64,000 bases of DNA from an uncultured Limnohabitans sp. GTDB taxonomy: Bacteria; Pseudomonadota; Gammaproteobacteria; Burkholderiales; Burkholderiaceae_C. Shown piece after piece: positions 47,807 to 56,160 of the stretch. The position numbers and the translations under genes are program-made. Position 1 is the stretch's first letter, and each line of letters starts with the position of its first letter. Below the pieces are notes generated by a model, which saw nothing but the letters and a program-made list of their open reading frames with translations, had not been told where the DNA came from and ran no database searches. Location of the stretch: assembly GCA_964544175.1 (NCBI GenBank), contig CAZJAL010000009.1, positions 9,818 through 73,817 of the forward strand, given 5' to 3'.

Positions 47807-48910
47807 ATGAGTAATTTCATCCCTCCCAATCTTGCCAAACCCAGAGCTTGGCTTCCTCAAGAACTTGGTGCCGATTTCTCATGGATTCACCATTTAAGTC
47901 GTGAGGCTATTGGTGAAATTGAAGAGGCCCTTCAACATGCCAAGATGAAGGGCAAAACGTGGCTAGAAATGACTGCGAACGACTTTCCTCTCAAGCGGCA
48001 TGCCAAGGACGCCATCGATCAAGCCTTTGCAGCCACTCAAACAGGCTATGGCATGTGTTTGATCAAGGGATTTCCCGTAGACCGCTGGTCTGTGGAAGAT
48101 GCGCGTCTGGTCCATTGGGGCATAGGCTTGAACGTGGGCGTTGCCAGAACTCAAAACCGTGCCAGCCAAGTGATGAACGATGTAAGAGATGAGGGGGGCA
48201 GCTACAAAGTCAAAAATGGCCGTGGCTACAACACCAACGCGGGCCTAGACTTTCATGTCGACTCATGTGACGTGGTGGCCTTGATGTGCTTGCAAACTGC
48301 AAAGTCTGGGGGAACCAGCAAAGTGACCAGCTCCATTGCGGTGGTCGATGAAGTCAAGCGTTTAAGGCCAGACTTGATCCCGGTCATGCAGCAACCCTTT
48401 TATTACAGCTATCAGGGCACCAACGATGCTACCCAACCGCCGTTTTACAAATGCCCCATTTTGGGTGATGACCCAGAATTCTTTTCTTTGCGAGCCAACC
48501 GCAAAAACGTGACGGCTGCGCAACGTGATTTTCCAGAAGTTCCCCGGCTAAGCCCTCAGCAAGAAGAGTTGTTGGATTTGCTGGACGAACTCCTGCCAGA
48601 CGATCGATTTTGCTATTCCATGCAGTTAGACCGTGGTGATTTACAGCTTCTAAACAACTATGTGGTGATTCATTCACGCACCAATTTTGAAGATTTTGAA
48701 GAGCCAGAAAAGAAACGACATTTGCTACGCTTGTGGCTCAGTATTCCTCAAGGCCAGCGCTTGCCGCCACTTTGGAAAGAATATTTTGGTGACATAGAAG
48801 CTGGCTCGGTCAGAGGGGGCGTTCGCGGGAGTCAAATTACAGATGAATTTTTGGCTTATGAATCTCGCCAAGCAGCAAATTTGGGAATGACTTTAAGACG
48901 GCAGTCATAA
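47807..48910 (+). CDS. TauD/TfdA-family Fe(II)/2-oxoglutarate-dependent dioxygenase
   Basis: ATG 47807 after GGAGCC (the track ORF starts at 47729). H-x-D facial-triad context LDFHVDSCD and distal VVIHSRTNF. Confidence 0.75.
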   Translation: MSNFIPPNLAKPRAWLPQELGADFSWIHHLSREAIGEIEEALQHAKMKGKTWLEMTANDFPLKRHAKDAIDQAFAATQTGYGMCLIKGFPVDRWSVEDARLVHWGIGLNVGVARTQNRASQVMNDVRDEGGSYKVKNGRGYNTNAGLDFHVDSCDVVALMCLQTAKSGGTSKVTSSIAVVDEVKRLRPDLIPVMQQPFYYSYQGTNDATQPPFYKCPILGDDPEFFSLRANRKNVTAAQRDFPEVPRLSPQQEELLDLLDELLPDDRFCYSMQLDRGDLQLLNNYVVIHSRTNFEDFEEPEKKRHLLRLWLSIPQGQRLPPLWKEYFGDIEAGSVRGGVRGSQITDEFLAYESRQAANLGMTLRRQS

Positions 48911-48914
48911 ATCT

Positions 48915-49418
48915 ATGCATACCTTTAATCACTTCTCAGCCATTTGCTTCAGCCTCTTTTTTGCTATGCCGGTTTTGGCGCAGCATTCTCATGGCAAGGG
49001 CACTCTGCAACTCAGTTTGAATGGCGATGTTTTGCAAGGTCAATGGACCATGCCCATGGAAGCCTTGCTCGGTTTTGAGCACTTGCCCAAATCGCCTGCC
49101 CAAACGGAGTCCATGAGCAAGCTTCAAAAATCTTTGGAAAACGCAAGCTATTTCATTGAAGTACCCGCTGAAGCAAAGTGTCAGCAAATAGAAGCCAAAG
49201 CCGAATCTGACATGTTTCAAGGTGTTAAAGGCAAAGGCCACAGTGATTTGAACTTTGCATTCAAATTGAAATGTGCCAATCCGCAAGCATTGACCAAATT
49301 TGGATTTCCTTTCTTCAAGTCACACATTCGGTCAAACCAACTGAAACTAGAGTGGGTCTCTGCAGGCACTCAAAAATCTGCAACAGTACGCTCCAGCAAG
49401 CCTGCATTTTCGCCATGA
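48915..49418 (+). CDS. zrgA: DUF2796/ZrgA-like periplasmic metal-binding protein
   Basis: 167 aa with a signal peptide, then QHSHGKGTLQLSLNGDVLQGQWTMPMEALLGFEH and KGKGHSDLNFAFKLKC, as recalled for ZrgA-type proteins. It starts 4 nt after the TauD-like stop. Confidence 0.7.
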   Translation: MHTFNHFSAICFSLFFAMPVLAQHSHGKGTLQLSLNGDVLQGQWTMPMEALLGFEHLPKSPAQTESMSKLQKSLENASYFIEVPAEAKCQQIEAKAESDMFQGVKGKGHSDLNFAFKLKCANPQALTKFGFPFFKSHIRSNQLKLEWVSAGTQKSATVRSSKPAFSP

Positions 49419-50119
49419 CAGTTGCCGCTCTTGAACTGCGCAACATTGAGTTTTGGTGGCCACAACAAAGTAAGCCACTGTTTGCCATTCCAGAGCTGAC
49501 GTTGCAGCAAGGTCAGACCTTGTTCATTGGTGGCCCCAGTGGCTCTGGCAAAACAAGTTTGCTCAGTTTGATAACTGCAATTCAGGTTGCAGGGCAGGGA
49601 ACTTGCCGAGTATTAGGAACTGACTTGACTCAACTGTCGCCTTCTGCGCGAGACCGTTTCAGGGGTGAGCATTTAGGTTTGATTTTTCAGCAATTCAATT
49701 TATTGCGCTATTTAACGGTACAAGAAAACATTGAGCTACCCAGCAAACTGTTTATGAGCCGTCATCAAAAATCGGTTCAACTTTTTGGCACCGTTCAGGC
49801 TCATCTCAAGCACTTGTGTGACGCCCTCCATTTGGAGCCAGCGCTACGGCACCGGCAGGTCAATCTTTTGTCTGTAGGCGAGCAGCAAAGGGTGGCAGCT
49901 GCAAGAGCATTGTTGGGTTGCCCTGCATTGATTGTGGCTGATGAGCCAACGTCAGCATTGGACGAAGACAATAAACTCGATTTTCTCAAGCTTCTGCTGT
50001 CGACGGCCAGTGCGCAAAACACCAGCGTGGTGACAGTGAGCCACGACCTGCGAATTGCCGACATGTTCGATCAGACTTTTTCGATGCCACGCAGGGAGTC
50101 GCAACATGTTGTGGCTTAG
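49415..50119 (+). CDS. zrgB: ABC transporter ATP-binding protein (ZrgB-like)
   Basis: ATG 49415 overlaps the upstream stop (ATGA). Walker A GGPSGSGKTS, signature LSVGEQQRVAAARAL. Confidence 0.85.
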   Translation: MTVAALELRNIEFWWPQQSKPLFAIPELTLQQGQTLFIGGPSGSGKTSLLSLITAIQVAGQGTCRVLGTDLTQLSPSARDRFRGEHLGLIFQQFNLLRYLTVQENIELPSKLFMSRHQKSVQLFGTVQAHLKHLCDALHLEPALRHRQVNLLSVGEQQRVAAARALLGCPALIVADEPTSALDEDNKLDFLKLLLSTASAQNTSVVTVSHDLRIADMFDQTFSMPRRESQHVVA

Positions 50120-51407
50120 TTTGGCTTGGAAGAGTGCATGGTCGCGCAAATATGCGCTAAGTCTCGTTGCGGTGTCTGTGTGTTTGTCGGTCATTGTTTT
50201 GTTGGGTGTTCAGCAAATTCGCACCGATGCCAAGCGCAGTTTCTCCAATGCGCTTAGCGGCGTTGATTTGGTGGTTGGCCCAAGGGGCAGTCAAACCGAT
50301 TTGCTGTTGTACAGCGTGTTTCAACTGGGCACGCCCACCCAAAACATACCCTATTCAGATTTGCAACGCATTAAGGACATGCCCGCTGTGGCTTGGACCA
50401 TTCCCATTCAACTGGGTGACTCGTTTGATGGCTTTCCTGTCATGGGTACTGCTGTCGATTTTTTCAAGCATTACCAATCGTCGGGTAAAGCTTTGTCTTT
50501 TCAAGTGGGACACGCTTTTCAAGATCCTCATGTCAATCCTGAAGCCCTCATGCAGGTGGTTGTCGGTTCTGAGGTGGCGCAGGCAAAAAAATTAAAACTC
50601 AATGACTCCATGGCATTGACGCATGGCTATCAAGTCATTGAAGAAACGGTGCATGCCGAGCATCCATTCAAGTTGGTGGGTATCCTGAAACCTACGGGTA
50701 CACCACTCGACAGATCTGTGCTGATTAGCCTTGAAGCATTTGAGGCACTGCATGTGGGTTGGGGCTTTGGCCTAAGACCCTCTGCGTTTGATGCCAAATC
50801 CGAACTTCCCAAAGACCTGCCCAATATTGCAGAGTTGCAGCCTACCGAGCTAACCGCGGTATGGGTAGGGCTACATTCTCGCGCAGCAGTATTTTCGGCG
50901 CGCAAAGCCATCGAAAGCTTGAAGTCAAATGCAGCCTCTGTGCCGCTCATGGCGGTATTGCCTGGCGTCGCCCTTGATGAGTTATGGCAAATTGTGCGTG
51001 TGGTTGAAAACGCACTCATCGTGATGGGCGCCTTAGTGGCCATCTGTTCATTGCTGGGCGTGGTCTCTGTTCTCTTAGTCGGCTTGTCTGCTCGCCGCAA
51101 AGAATTGGCCATCTACCGTTCACTTGGTGCGGGTCCTATGGCCATATTTATGGTGGTTGCTTGGGAGTCTTTTCTGATTTGCGGCTTGGCCATTGGTGCA
51201 GGTGTGCTTGGCGCGCAATTGCTGATCTTTGTATTTCAAGATCATTTGCTTTTGAGTTATGGCATTCAGACGCAGAATACTTTGCCTGGGTTTGAAGCTT
51301 GGTATAGCATTGCTTCTTTGATGTGTGCAGCCTTGGTGGCCAGTTTGTTGCCAGCATGGCGTGCCTATCGCATGTCTCTGTCCGATGGTCTTAATCCACC
51401 CAACTGA
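50106..51407 (+). CDS. zrgC: FtsX-like ABC transporter permease (ZrgC-like)
   Basis: ATG 50106 (MLWLSLAWKSAWSRK), overlapping the ATPase 3' end. MacB/FtsX topology with a large periplasmic loop and C-terminal 3-TM bundle. Confidence 0.8.
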   Translation: MLWLSLAWKSAWSRKYALSLVAVSVCLSVIVLLGVQQIRTDAKRSFSNALSGVDLVVGPRGSQTDLLLYSVFQLGTPTQNIPYSDLQRIKDMPAVAWTIPIQLGDSFDGFPVMGTAVDFFKHYQSSGKALSFQVGHAFQDPHVNPEALMQVVVGSEVAQAKKLKLNDSMALTHGYQVIEETVHAEHPFKLVGILKPTGTPLDRSVLISLEAFEALHVGWGFGLRPSAFDAKSELPKDLPNIAELQPTELTAVWVGLHSRAAVFSARKAIESLKSNAASVPLMAVLPGVALDELWQIVRVVENALIVMGALVAICSLLGVVSVLLVGLSARRKELAIYRSLGAGPMAIFMVVAWESFLICGLAIGAGVLGAQLLIFVFQDHLLLSYGIQTQNTLPGFEAWYSIASLMCAALVASLLPAWRAYRMSLSDGLNPPN

Positions 51408-51432
51408 TCCTTACCGTATTTCGATATCAATC

Positions 51433-52014
51433 ATGCAAGTGCAATTTTTCAAAATCCATTTGCTTAAGCTGTGCGTTGCACTTTGTCACTTGTTGTTTGC
51501 TGCTGCTGTGTTCGCGCAAACACCTGGCTATCAAAAAATTACTTGGGACGACCTGCTCAACGAAGAGTGGTACCAGCAAATGAAAAAAGACATGGCCAGT
51601 TATGGTCGCATGGCTTTTTTAAAAGATGGCTCGGAAGAGGCAGAAAAATTAATGGCCAGCATGCGCAAGAAGCTTGACGAAGCCCCCATTGCGCCCAAAT
51701 ACGTCAATCAAAAAATTCGCATGCCAGGTTTTGTTGTGCCGCTAGATGCCGTGCGAAATGGCCAGCGTGAATTTTTGTTAGTGCCGTATTTTGGTGCTTG
51801 CATTCATACGCCGCCGCCACCGGCCAATCAGATTGTATTGGTCACACCGCACCCCAAATTGAATTTGTCTAAAACACTGGAGTCGATGGACGTAATTTGG
51901 GTGGAGGGCGAGCTCAAAGACGCGCGAACCAACACGGCGTCAGGGGTGTCTGGTTACTCATTGGAAGCTGTACAGATTTATCCGTACAAGGCTTTGCACA
52001 ACACTAAAAAATGA
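51433..52014 (+). CDS. zrgD: DUF3299/ZrgD-like periplasmic protein
   Basis: ATG 51433 with a signal peptide. LVPYFGACIHTPPPPANQIV is the signature stretch I associate with DUF3299. Confidence 0.7.
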   Translation: MQVQFFKIHLLKLCVALCHLLFAAAVFAQTPGYQKITWDDLLNEEWYQQMKKDMASYGRMAFLKDGSEEAEKLMASMRKKLDEAPIAPKYVNQKIRMPGFVVPLDAVRNGQREFLLVPYFGACIHTPPPPANQIVLVTPHPKLNLSKTLESMDVIWVEGELKDARTNTASGVSGYSLEAVQIYPYKALHNTKK

Positions 52015-52050
52015 GCTGTTTCGGTGCGTCTTGCCTAATAATAAATAGCA

Positions 52051-53319
52051 ATGACCTCAACACCCCTCAAGCCCTTAACGCACAGCTTAAATTGGCGAGC
52101 CCCATTTCGAGTTAAGAGCTTTCGATTTCAATGGTCCGCCGATTTGGCGACGTCTTGGGCCTTTGAAATGGAGACGATTATTTTGGGGTGGTACATCTTG
52201 ACTGAATCGGGTTCGGTCTTGATGTTGGTTGCATTTGGTTCACTGCAGTTTTTAGGGTCCTTGTTTTCGCCCGTATTGGGTGTCGTTTGTGATCGCATGG
52301 GTTACAGGCAAATGTTGTGGGCTACCCGTGCTGTCTATGCTTGCATGGCGTTGTTATTGATGACGCTTTCCTATCTGCAAGCTCTTACGCCAGAAAGAGT
52401 GCTTTGCTTTGCTGCAGTTGTGGGTTGTTTGCGGCCATCTGACCAAATGATGCGCAATGCCCTCATTGCACGAACTTTGCCTGCTGATCAACTCATGGGT
52501 GCATTGGGTATTTCTAGAATGACTTCCGATTCAGCACGTATTGCGGGTGCATTGGCAGGCGCGGGAATTGTGGCTTTCTTAGGCATGACGTCGGCTTATG
52601 TGGCGGTTGCCATTTTGTACACCATCAGTTTTTTATTGTCGCGCGGTGTACACGATGTGAAGCCATCTTCTCAAACAGCTGTGTCAACAACAAGTCCAGT
52701 CAGAGATCTCAAAATGGCATTTGTATATGTCTGGCACAAACCCATTTTGATGGGCGCCATGGCCCTGGCATTTTTAGTCAACTTACTTGCATTTCCTTTT
52801 TCATTGGGTTTGTTGCCTTATGTCGCAAAAAATATTTTTCTGACTGATCAAACGGGTCTGGGTTTTTTAGGCGCTAGTTTTGCCATGGGTGGTTTGCTAG
52901 CCTCTATGTTATTGAGCACGCACAGGATCAAATTCAGGGCAGCTCAAACTATGTTGATTTCTGCAGGCGCATGGTTTTTACTTGATTTGGCATTTGCATT
53001 TAGCACACACCTTTACATGGGCATGGTTATTTTGCTTTTTGCTGGATTTGTTCAAAGCTTGTGCATGACGCCTCTGGCGGCCGTCATGTTGCGGGCCACA
53101 ACACCAGACTACCATGGCCGCGTGATGGGCATGCGCATGTTGGCCATATGGGGTTTGCCCATTGGGCTCTTGGTCAGTGGGCCATTTGTTGAAAGCATTG
53201 GCTACGTTGCAACAGCAGCGATTTATTCAGCTTTAGGTTTATTGCTGACCATTGCAATGACAGTCTATTGGCGAGAGGCTATTTGGGACCGAAAATCAAT
53301 TGCCAACGATGTGCTTTAA
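52051..53319 (+). CDS. MFS transporter
   Basis: 422 aa polytopic ORF with N-terminal FRVKSFRFQWSADLATSW and VCDRMGYRQ motif. Confidence 0.8.
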   Translation: MTSTPLKPLTHSLNWRAPFRVKSFRFQWSADLATSWAFEMETIILGWYILTESGSVLMLVAFGSLQFLGSLFSPVLGVVCDRMGYRQMLWATRAVYACMALLLMTLSYLQALTPERVLCFAAVVGCLRPSDQMMRNALIARTLPADQLMGALGISRMTSDSARIAGALAGAGIVAFLGMTSAYVAVAILYTISFLLSRGVHDVKPSSQTAVSTTSPVRDLKMAFVYVWHKPILMGAMALAFLVNLLAFPFSLGLLPYVAKNIFLTDQTGLGFLGASFAMGGLLASMLLSTHRIKFRAAQTMLISAGAWFLLDLAFAFSTHLYMGMVILLFAGFVQSLCMTPLAAVMLRATTPDYHGRVMGMRMLAIWGLPIGLLVSGPFVESIGYVATAAIYSALGLLLTIAMTVYWREAIWDRKSIANDVL

Positions 53320-53322
53320 GGT

Positions 53323-54117
53323 TTAACGCGTCTGTTTTAAAAATGCAATCAAGCGATCACGCCAAACTCGATAGCCTGAATCATTTGGGTGTAATCCATC
53401 GGTAAAGTAGTTTGAAATTTGTACGCCGGAGGTGTCTACAAAGGACGGGTACAGATTTAAATAGACGGTAAATTTTGAAAATTCACTGGTTCTTACCAAA
53501 GTTTCTAGTCGTTGATTCACCCGCAGCACAACGTCTTTGTTTTTGACGGCATCGTTGGTGGGTAAAAGCGATTGAACCACAATCCGTGCGTTAGGCTTTC
53601 GCGCATGCAGCGCACGTAAATTGGCCAGTACGCCTTGATAAATACTTTCCACCACAGGTTGTTCAGCAGCCCAGCTGTTGTTGATGCCCAGCATCACAAT
53701 CATGAATTCAGGATTCAGTGCGGGTGAGTCGAGTTGTCCCATACCCCCATCAGACTTAGGCAAGATGCGGTAGAGCACATGTTCTAGCCTGTCGCCTGAA
53801 ATGCCAATGTTCAGGGCAAAATTTTCTGTTCCAGGTGTGGCAAAGCTTTCGTCCCAAATTTTGCGGCCGTACTTCTGGCCACTGACCCAAGGGTTGTCGT
53901 CGAACAACCAAAAATCAGTAATGGAATCGCCTACAAAAAGTAACTTAACCGCGGCTAGATTACGAGATTGCTGAAGGTAAGTGTTGATTTCAAGTTGTCG
54001 TTTTTGCCAGTGCTCAACACGTGGTGCAGGTTGACTTGATGCAAAACTTTGCGCCACGCACAAACCGGAGTGACACAAAAAGCCTGCGAGGATTAAAGAG
54101 GTACAGAGTCGTTTCAT
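53323..54117 (-). CDS. SGNH/GDSL-family hydrolase, secreted
   Basis: 264 aa with signal peptide and blocks FVGDSITD, GISGD, GINN and DGLHPN. Confidence 0.8.
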   Translation of the reverse strand: MKRLCTSLILAGFLCHSGLCVAQSFASSQPAPRVEHWQKRQLEINTYLQQSRNLAAVKLLFVGDSITDFWLFDDNPWVSGQKYGRKIWDESFATPGTENFALNIGISGDRLEHVLYRILPKSDGGMGQLDSPALNPEFMIVMLGINNSWAAEQPVVESIYQGVLANLRALHARKPNARIVVQSLLPTNDAVKNKDVVLRVNQRLETLVRTSEFSKFTVYLNLYPSFVDTSGVQISNYFTDGLHPNDSGYRVWRDRLIAFLKQTR

Positions 54118-54420
54118 TGCGAGCTTAATGGGGTAAACAGTTCAAATTTTTTTAGTGCATTATTTTTGACATTTTCTCTGTCAAATCAGGGCTTGATATA
54201 GGTGACATCCCGCAAGGGTGTCATATACGCATACTTTAATATCTAGCGTGTGACACAAGTTCTGGCCTTGACGCTGTTTCGGTCTGCTCGCACATTGAAG
54301 AGCCAGCACAAGAAGGCACCGTGAATACGGCCAGCACTTCATAGAGGTGCTTTGACAAAGATAGGCACGTTACCGCTTCGATGACAAAAGTGCCCAACAA
54401 ATAATGCCTAGAATCTTGAA

Positions 54421-55113
54421 ATGAAACATTTGAATTTACAAGCCGTCATGATTGACCTAGACGGCACCATGGTCGACACCATCGGTGACTTTGAGGTTGC
54501 CTTAAACCGTGCCCTTTCAGACTTACAGGTTCCTACAGCAAACCGCACGCTCATTGAGCGCAGTATTGGCAAAGGATCTGAACATCTCATTCGCACGGTA
54601 CTCAAACACCAACTGGCACTGCCTGAAGTAGCTGGCAATGCGCTCGAGGTTGAGCAATTGTTTACGCCAGTATGGGAGCGCTACGAACACCATTACCTCA
54701 GCATCAATGGCGAGTTCTCCAATGTATTTCCTGGCGTCATGGAAGGCTTAGAACAAATCAAAGCATTGGGCTTGCCCATGGCCTGCCTCACAAACAAACC
54801 CGTGTCATTTACTTTGCCTCTCATCAGAGACAAAGGACTGGCGCCTTATTTTTCAAAAGTCTTTGGTGGCGACAGTTTTGAGCGCAAAAAACCAGACCCA
54901 TTGCCTTTGCTCAAAACGTGTGAGGCCTTGCAGAGCTTGCCCGCGCAAACCTTGATGGTGGGAGATTCCAGTAACGACGCGCAAGCGGCTGATGCGGCAG
55001 GCTGCCCAGTGGTGCTCATGACCTATGGTTACAACCATGGTGAGCCCATTCAAAATACGCCTGCCTTGGCTTGGTTAGATTCATTGAAGCAGCTGCAAAT
55101 CAGTAAGTCTTGA
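54421..55113 (+). CDS. gph: phosphoglycolate phosphatase (HAD superfamily)
   Basis: 230 aa with VMIDLDGTMVDT, LTNKP and GDSSNDAQAA. Confidence 0.85.
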   Translation: MKHLNLQAVMIDLDGTMVDTIGDFEVALNRALSDLQVPTANRTLIERSIGKGSEHLIRTVLKHQLALPEVAGNALEVEQLFTPVWERYEHHYLSINGEFSNVFPGVMEGLEQIKALGLPMACLTNKPVSFTLPLIRDKGLAPYFSKVFGGDSFERKKPDPLPLLKTCEALQSLPAQTLMVGDSSNDAQAADAAGCPVVLMTYGYNHGEPIQNTPALAWLDSLKQLQISKS

Positions 55114-55132
55114 AAGAGCTTGCTCAAAGAAA

Positions 55133-55162
55133 AACCCCTTGAGCATTGCTGCTGAAGGGGTT
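55133..55162. terminator. intrinsic terminator hairpin AACCCCTT...AAGGGGTT
   Basis: 8-bp stem with an inner AGCA/TGCT extension, read directly. The plus strand follows with a T-rich run after gph. The minus strand reads GGGGTTTTTCTTT, so it would also terminate the tRNA remnant. Confidence 0.6.
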
Positions 55163-55170
55163 CTTAATTT

Positions 55171-55219
55171 TGGCTCCTCGACCTGGGCTCGAACCAGGGA
55201 CCTACGGATTAACAGAAAA
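55171..55219 (-). repeat. 49-nt direct repeat copy 1 = 3' half of tRNA-Asn(GUU) (anticodon loop to CCA), not an intact tRNA
   Basis: The reverse complement reads TTTT-CTGTTAA-TCCGT-AGGTC-CCTGG-TTCGAGC-CCAGG-TCGAGGA-G-CCA. The D arm and the 5' strands of the acceptor and anticodon stems are absent on the 3' side of this plus-strand interval. Confidence 0.85.
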
Positions 55220-55273
55220 CTAGTCTCGTCAAAATACCATATAAATCAATAACTTATATGTATTTTTAATAAA

Positions 55274-55293
55274 CGTGTAATATTTCGTGTAAT
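55274..55293. repeat. direct repeats CGTGTAAT-N4-CGTGTAAT (12-nt period), arm-type recombinase site candidate
   Basis: Read directly, 55 nt inside the island from repeat copy 1. A similarly spaced pair lies inside the next element at 63681-63699. Confidence 0.4.
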
Positions 55294-55440
55294 TAAGTCA
55301 AAAGTTGCGTTTCGCAACTTTTCCGGAACTTTCATAGATTTTGCACTCAACAGCGTCACTCGACTGGCAAAAGTTAAGGGTTGTTTTGGTCGACAAGTGT
55401 CATTTCAAACGACAGTTGTAGGGTGTGTATAAATTTATCA

Positions 55441-55461
55441 ATCGTCTAGTAACAGGACGAT
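55441..55461. repeat. hairpin motif ATCGTCTAGTAACAGGACGAT (copy 1 of 2)
   Basis: Imperfect palindrome, stem ATCGTC/GACGAT. A near-identical copy in the same orientation lies at 63164-63184, on the other side of the efflux genes. Confidence 0.6.
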
Positions 55462-55642
55462 GATTTGTGTCTGTTGCTTCGTGAAGATATGAGATCTAAA
55501 GAACAGCCATTTGTGACTAATTTCACGAGTGGGTAAAGTTTTCAAGAAATCTTTAGCACCAGAGAAAATAATCTAAGGGCAATTTTAATGTGATGAGTAA
55601 GCTGAACACATAAGAATTTTTGTTCGGCTATACTTTCGACAA

Positions 55643-56011
55643 ATGAAGAAGCTTCTCGCAATAATCTTATTAGTACTGATGCCTTTGCAGTTCAGCATGG
55701 CAGCAGTATCTAGTTATTGCGAGCACGAAGCCAACTCAAGTGAAAGTCATCCTGGACATCATTCCCATCAACATGAGAATGAGAACAACGAAACTGTTGC
55801 TTCTGACAGCGACGCCAAAAAGACTTCATCAAGTTCAGGTGTGCATCATGATTGTGCATCTTGTCACATGGGATGTTCAGCTTTTGTTATCAACAACATA
55901 AGTTCGATCATCTCCAAATCCGATCAAACTATTCCTTTCGGCTATCTTAAAAACTCATCCAGAGTTAACTTCGAAAGACCTGAACGCCCTCAGTGGCTGT
56001 TACTCGCTTAA
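55643..56011 (+). CDS. small secreted His/Cys-rich protein, CzcI-like by position and composition
   Basis: 122 aa with signal peptide MKKLLAIILLVLMPLQFSMA, then SSYCEHEANSSESHPGHHSHQHENEN and HHDCASCHMGC. It lies directly upstream of the efflux genes. The family assignment is from memory only. Confidence 0.5.
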   Translation: MKKLLAIILLVLMPLQFSMAAVSSYCEHEANSSESHPGHHSHQHENENNETVASDSDAKKTSSSSGVHHDCASCHMGCSAFVINNISSIISKSDQTIPFGYLKNSSRVNFERPERPQWLLLA

Positions 56012-56032
56012 TCAGCGAGTCTCAGGTTTTTT
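56002..56032 (+). terminator. hairpin ACTCGCT-TAATC-AGCGAGT followed by T-run, possible attenuator between the first two island genes
   Basis: 7-bp stem spanning the stop codon of 55643-56011, with TTTTTT beginning 6 nt after the stem. Alternative pairings are available downstream (see findings). Confidence 0.35.
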
Positions 56033-56160
56033 CTACATACCTTAAATTCCCCTGAGAGCTTTTCTGCACAGCTTAGGCACAGCCGTGTAGTTTTGCTTAC
56101 AACCTTCGGGTTTGTTGCTCGCTGATTTCCGTTGGATTTTTTTACCATTGGAGATTAGTT

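Noticed and set aside
55207-55300. An intact tRNA-Asn gene at either repeat copy (also checked at 63626-63720).
   Set aside because: The sequence following TTAACAG on the plus strand should read TCCGnn... through to the acceptor 5' strand TCGAGGA complement. Instead both copies continue with AAAA and AT-rich unrelated sequence.
55602-55645. A promoter with TATACT (55629-55634) only 8 nt before the ATG at 55643, which would make the CzcI-like gene leaderless.
   Set aside because: No acceptable -35 hexamer at 16-19 nt spacing, and only a -10-like hexamer in AT-rich DNA. The absence of a Shine-Dalgarno sequence is noted, but the promoter call is unsupported without transcript mapping.
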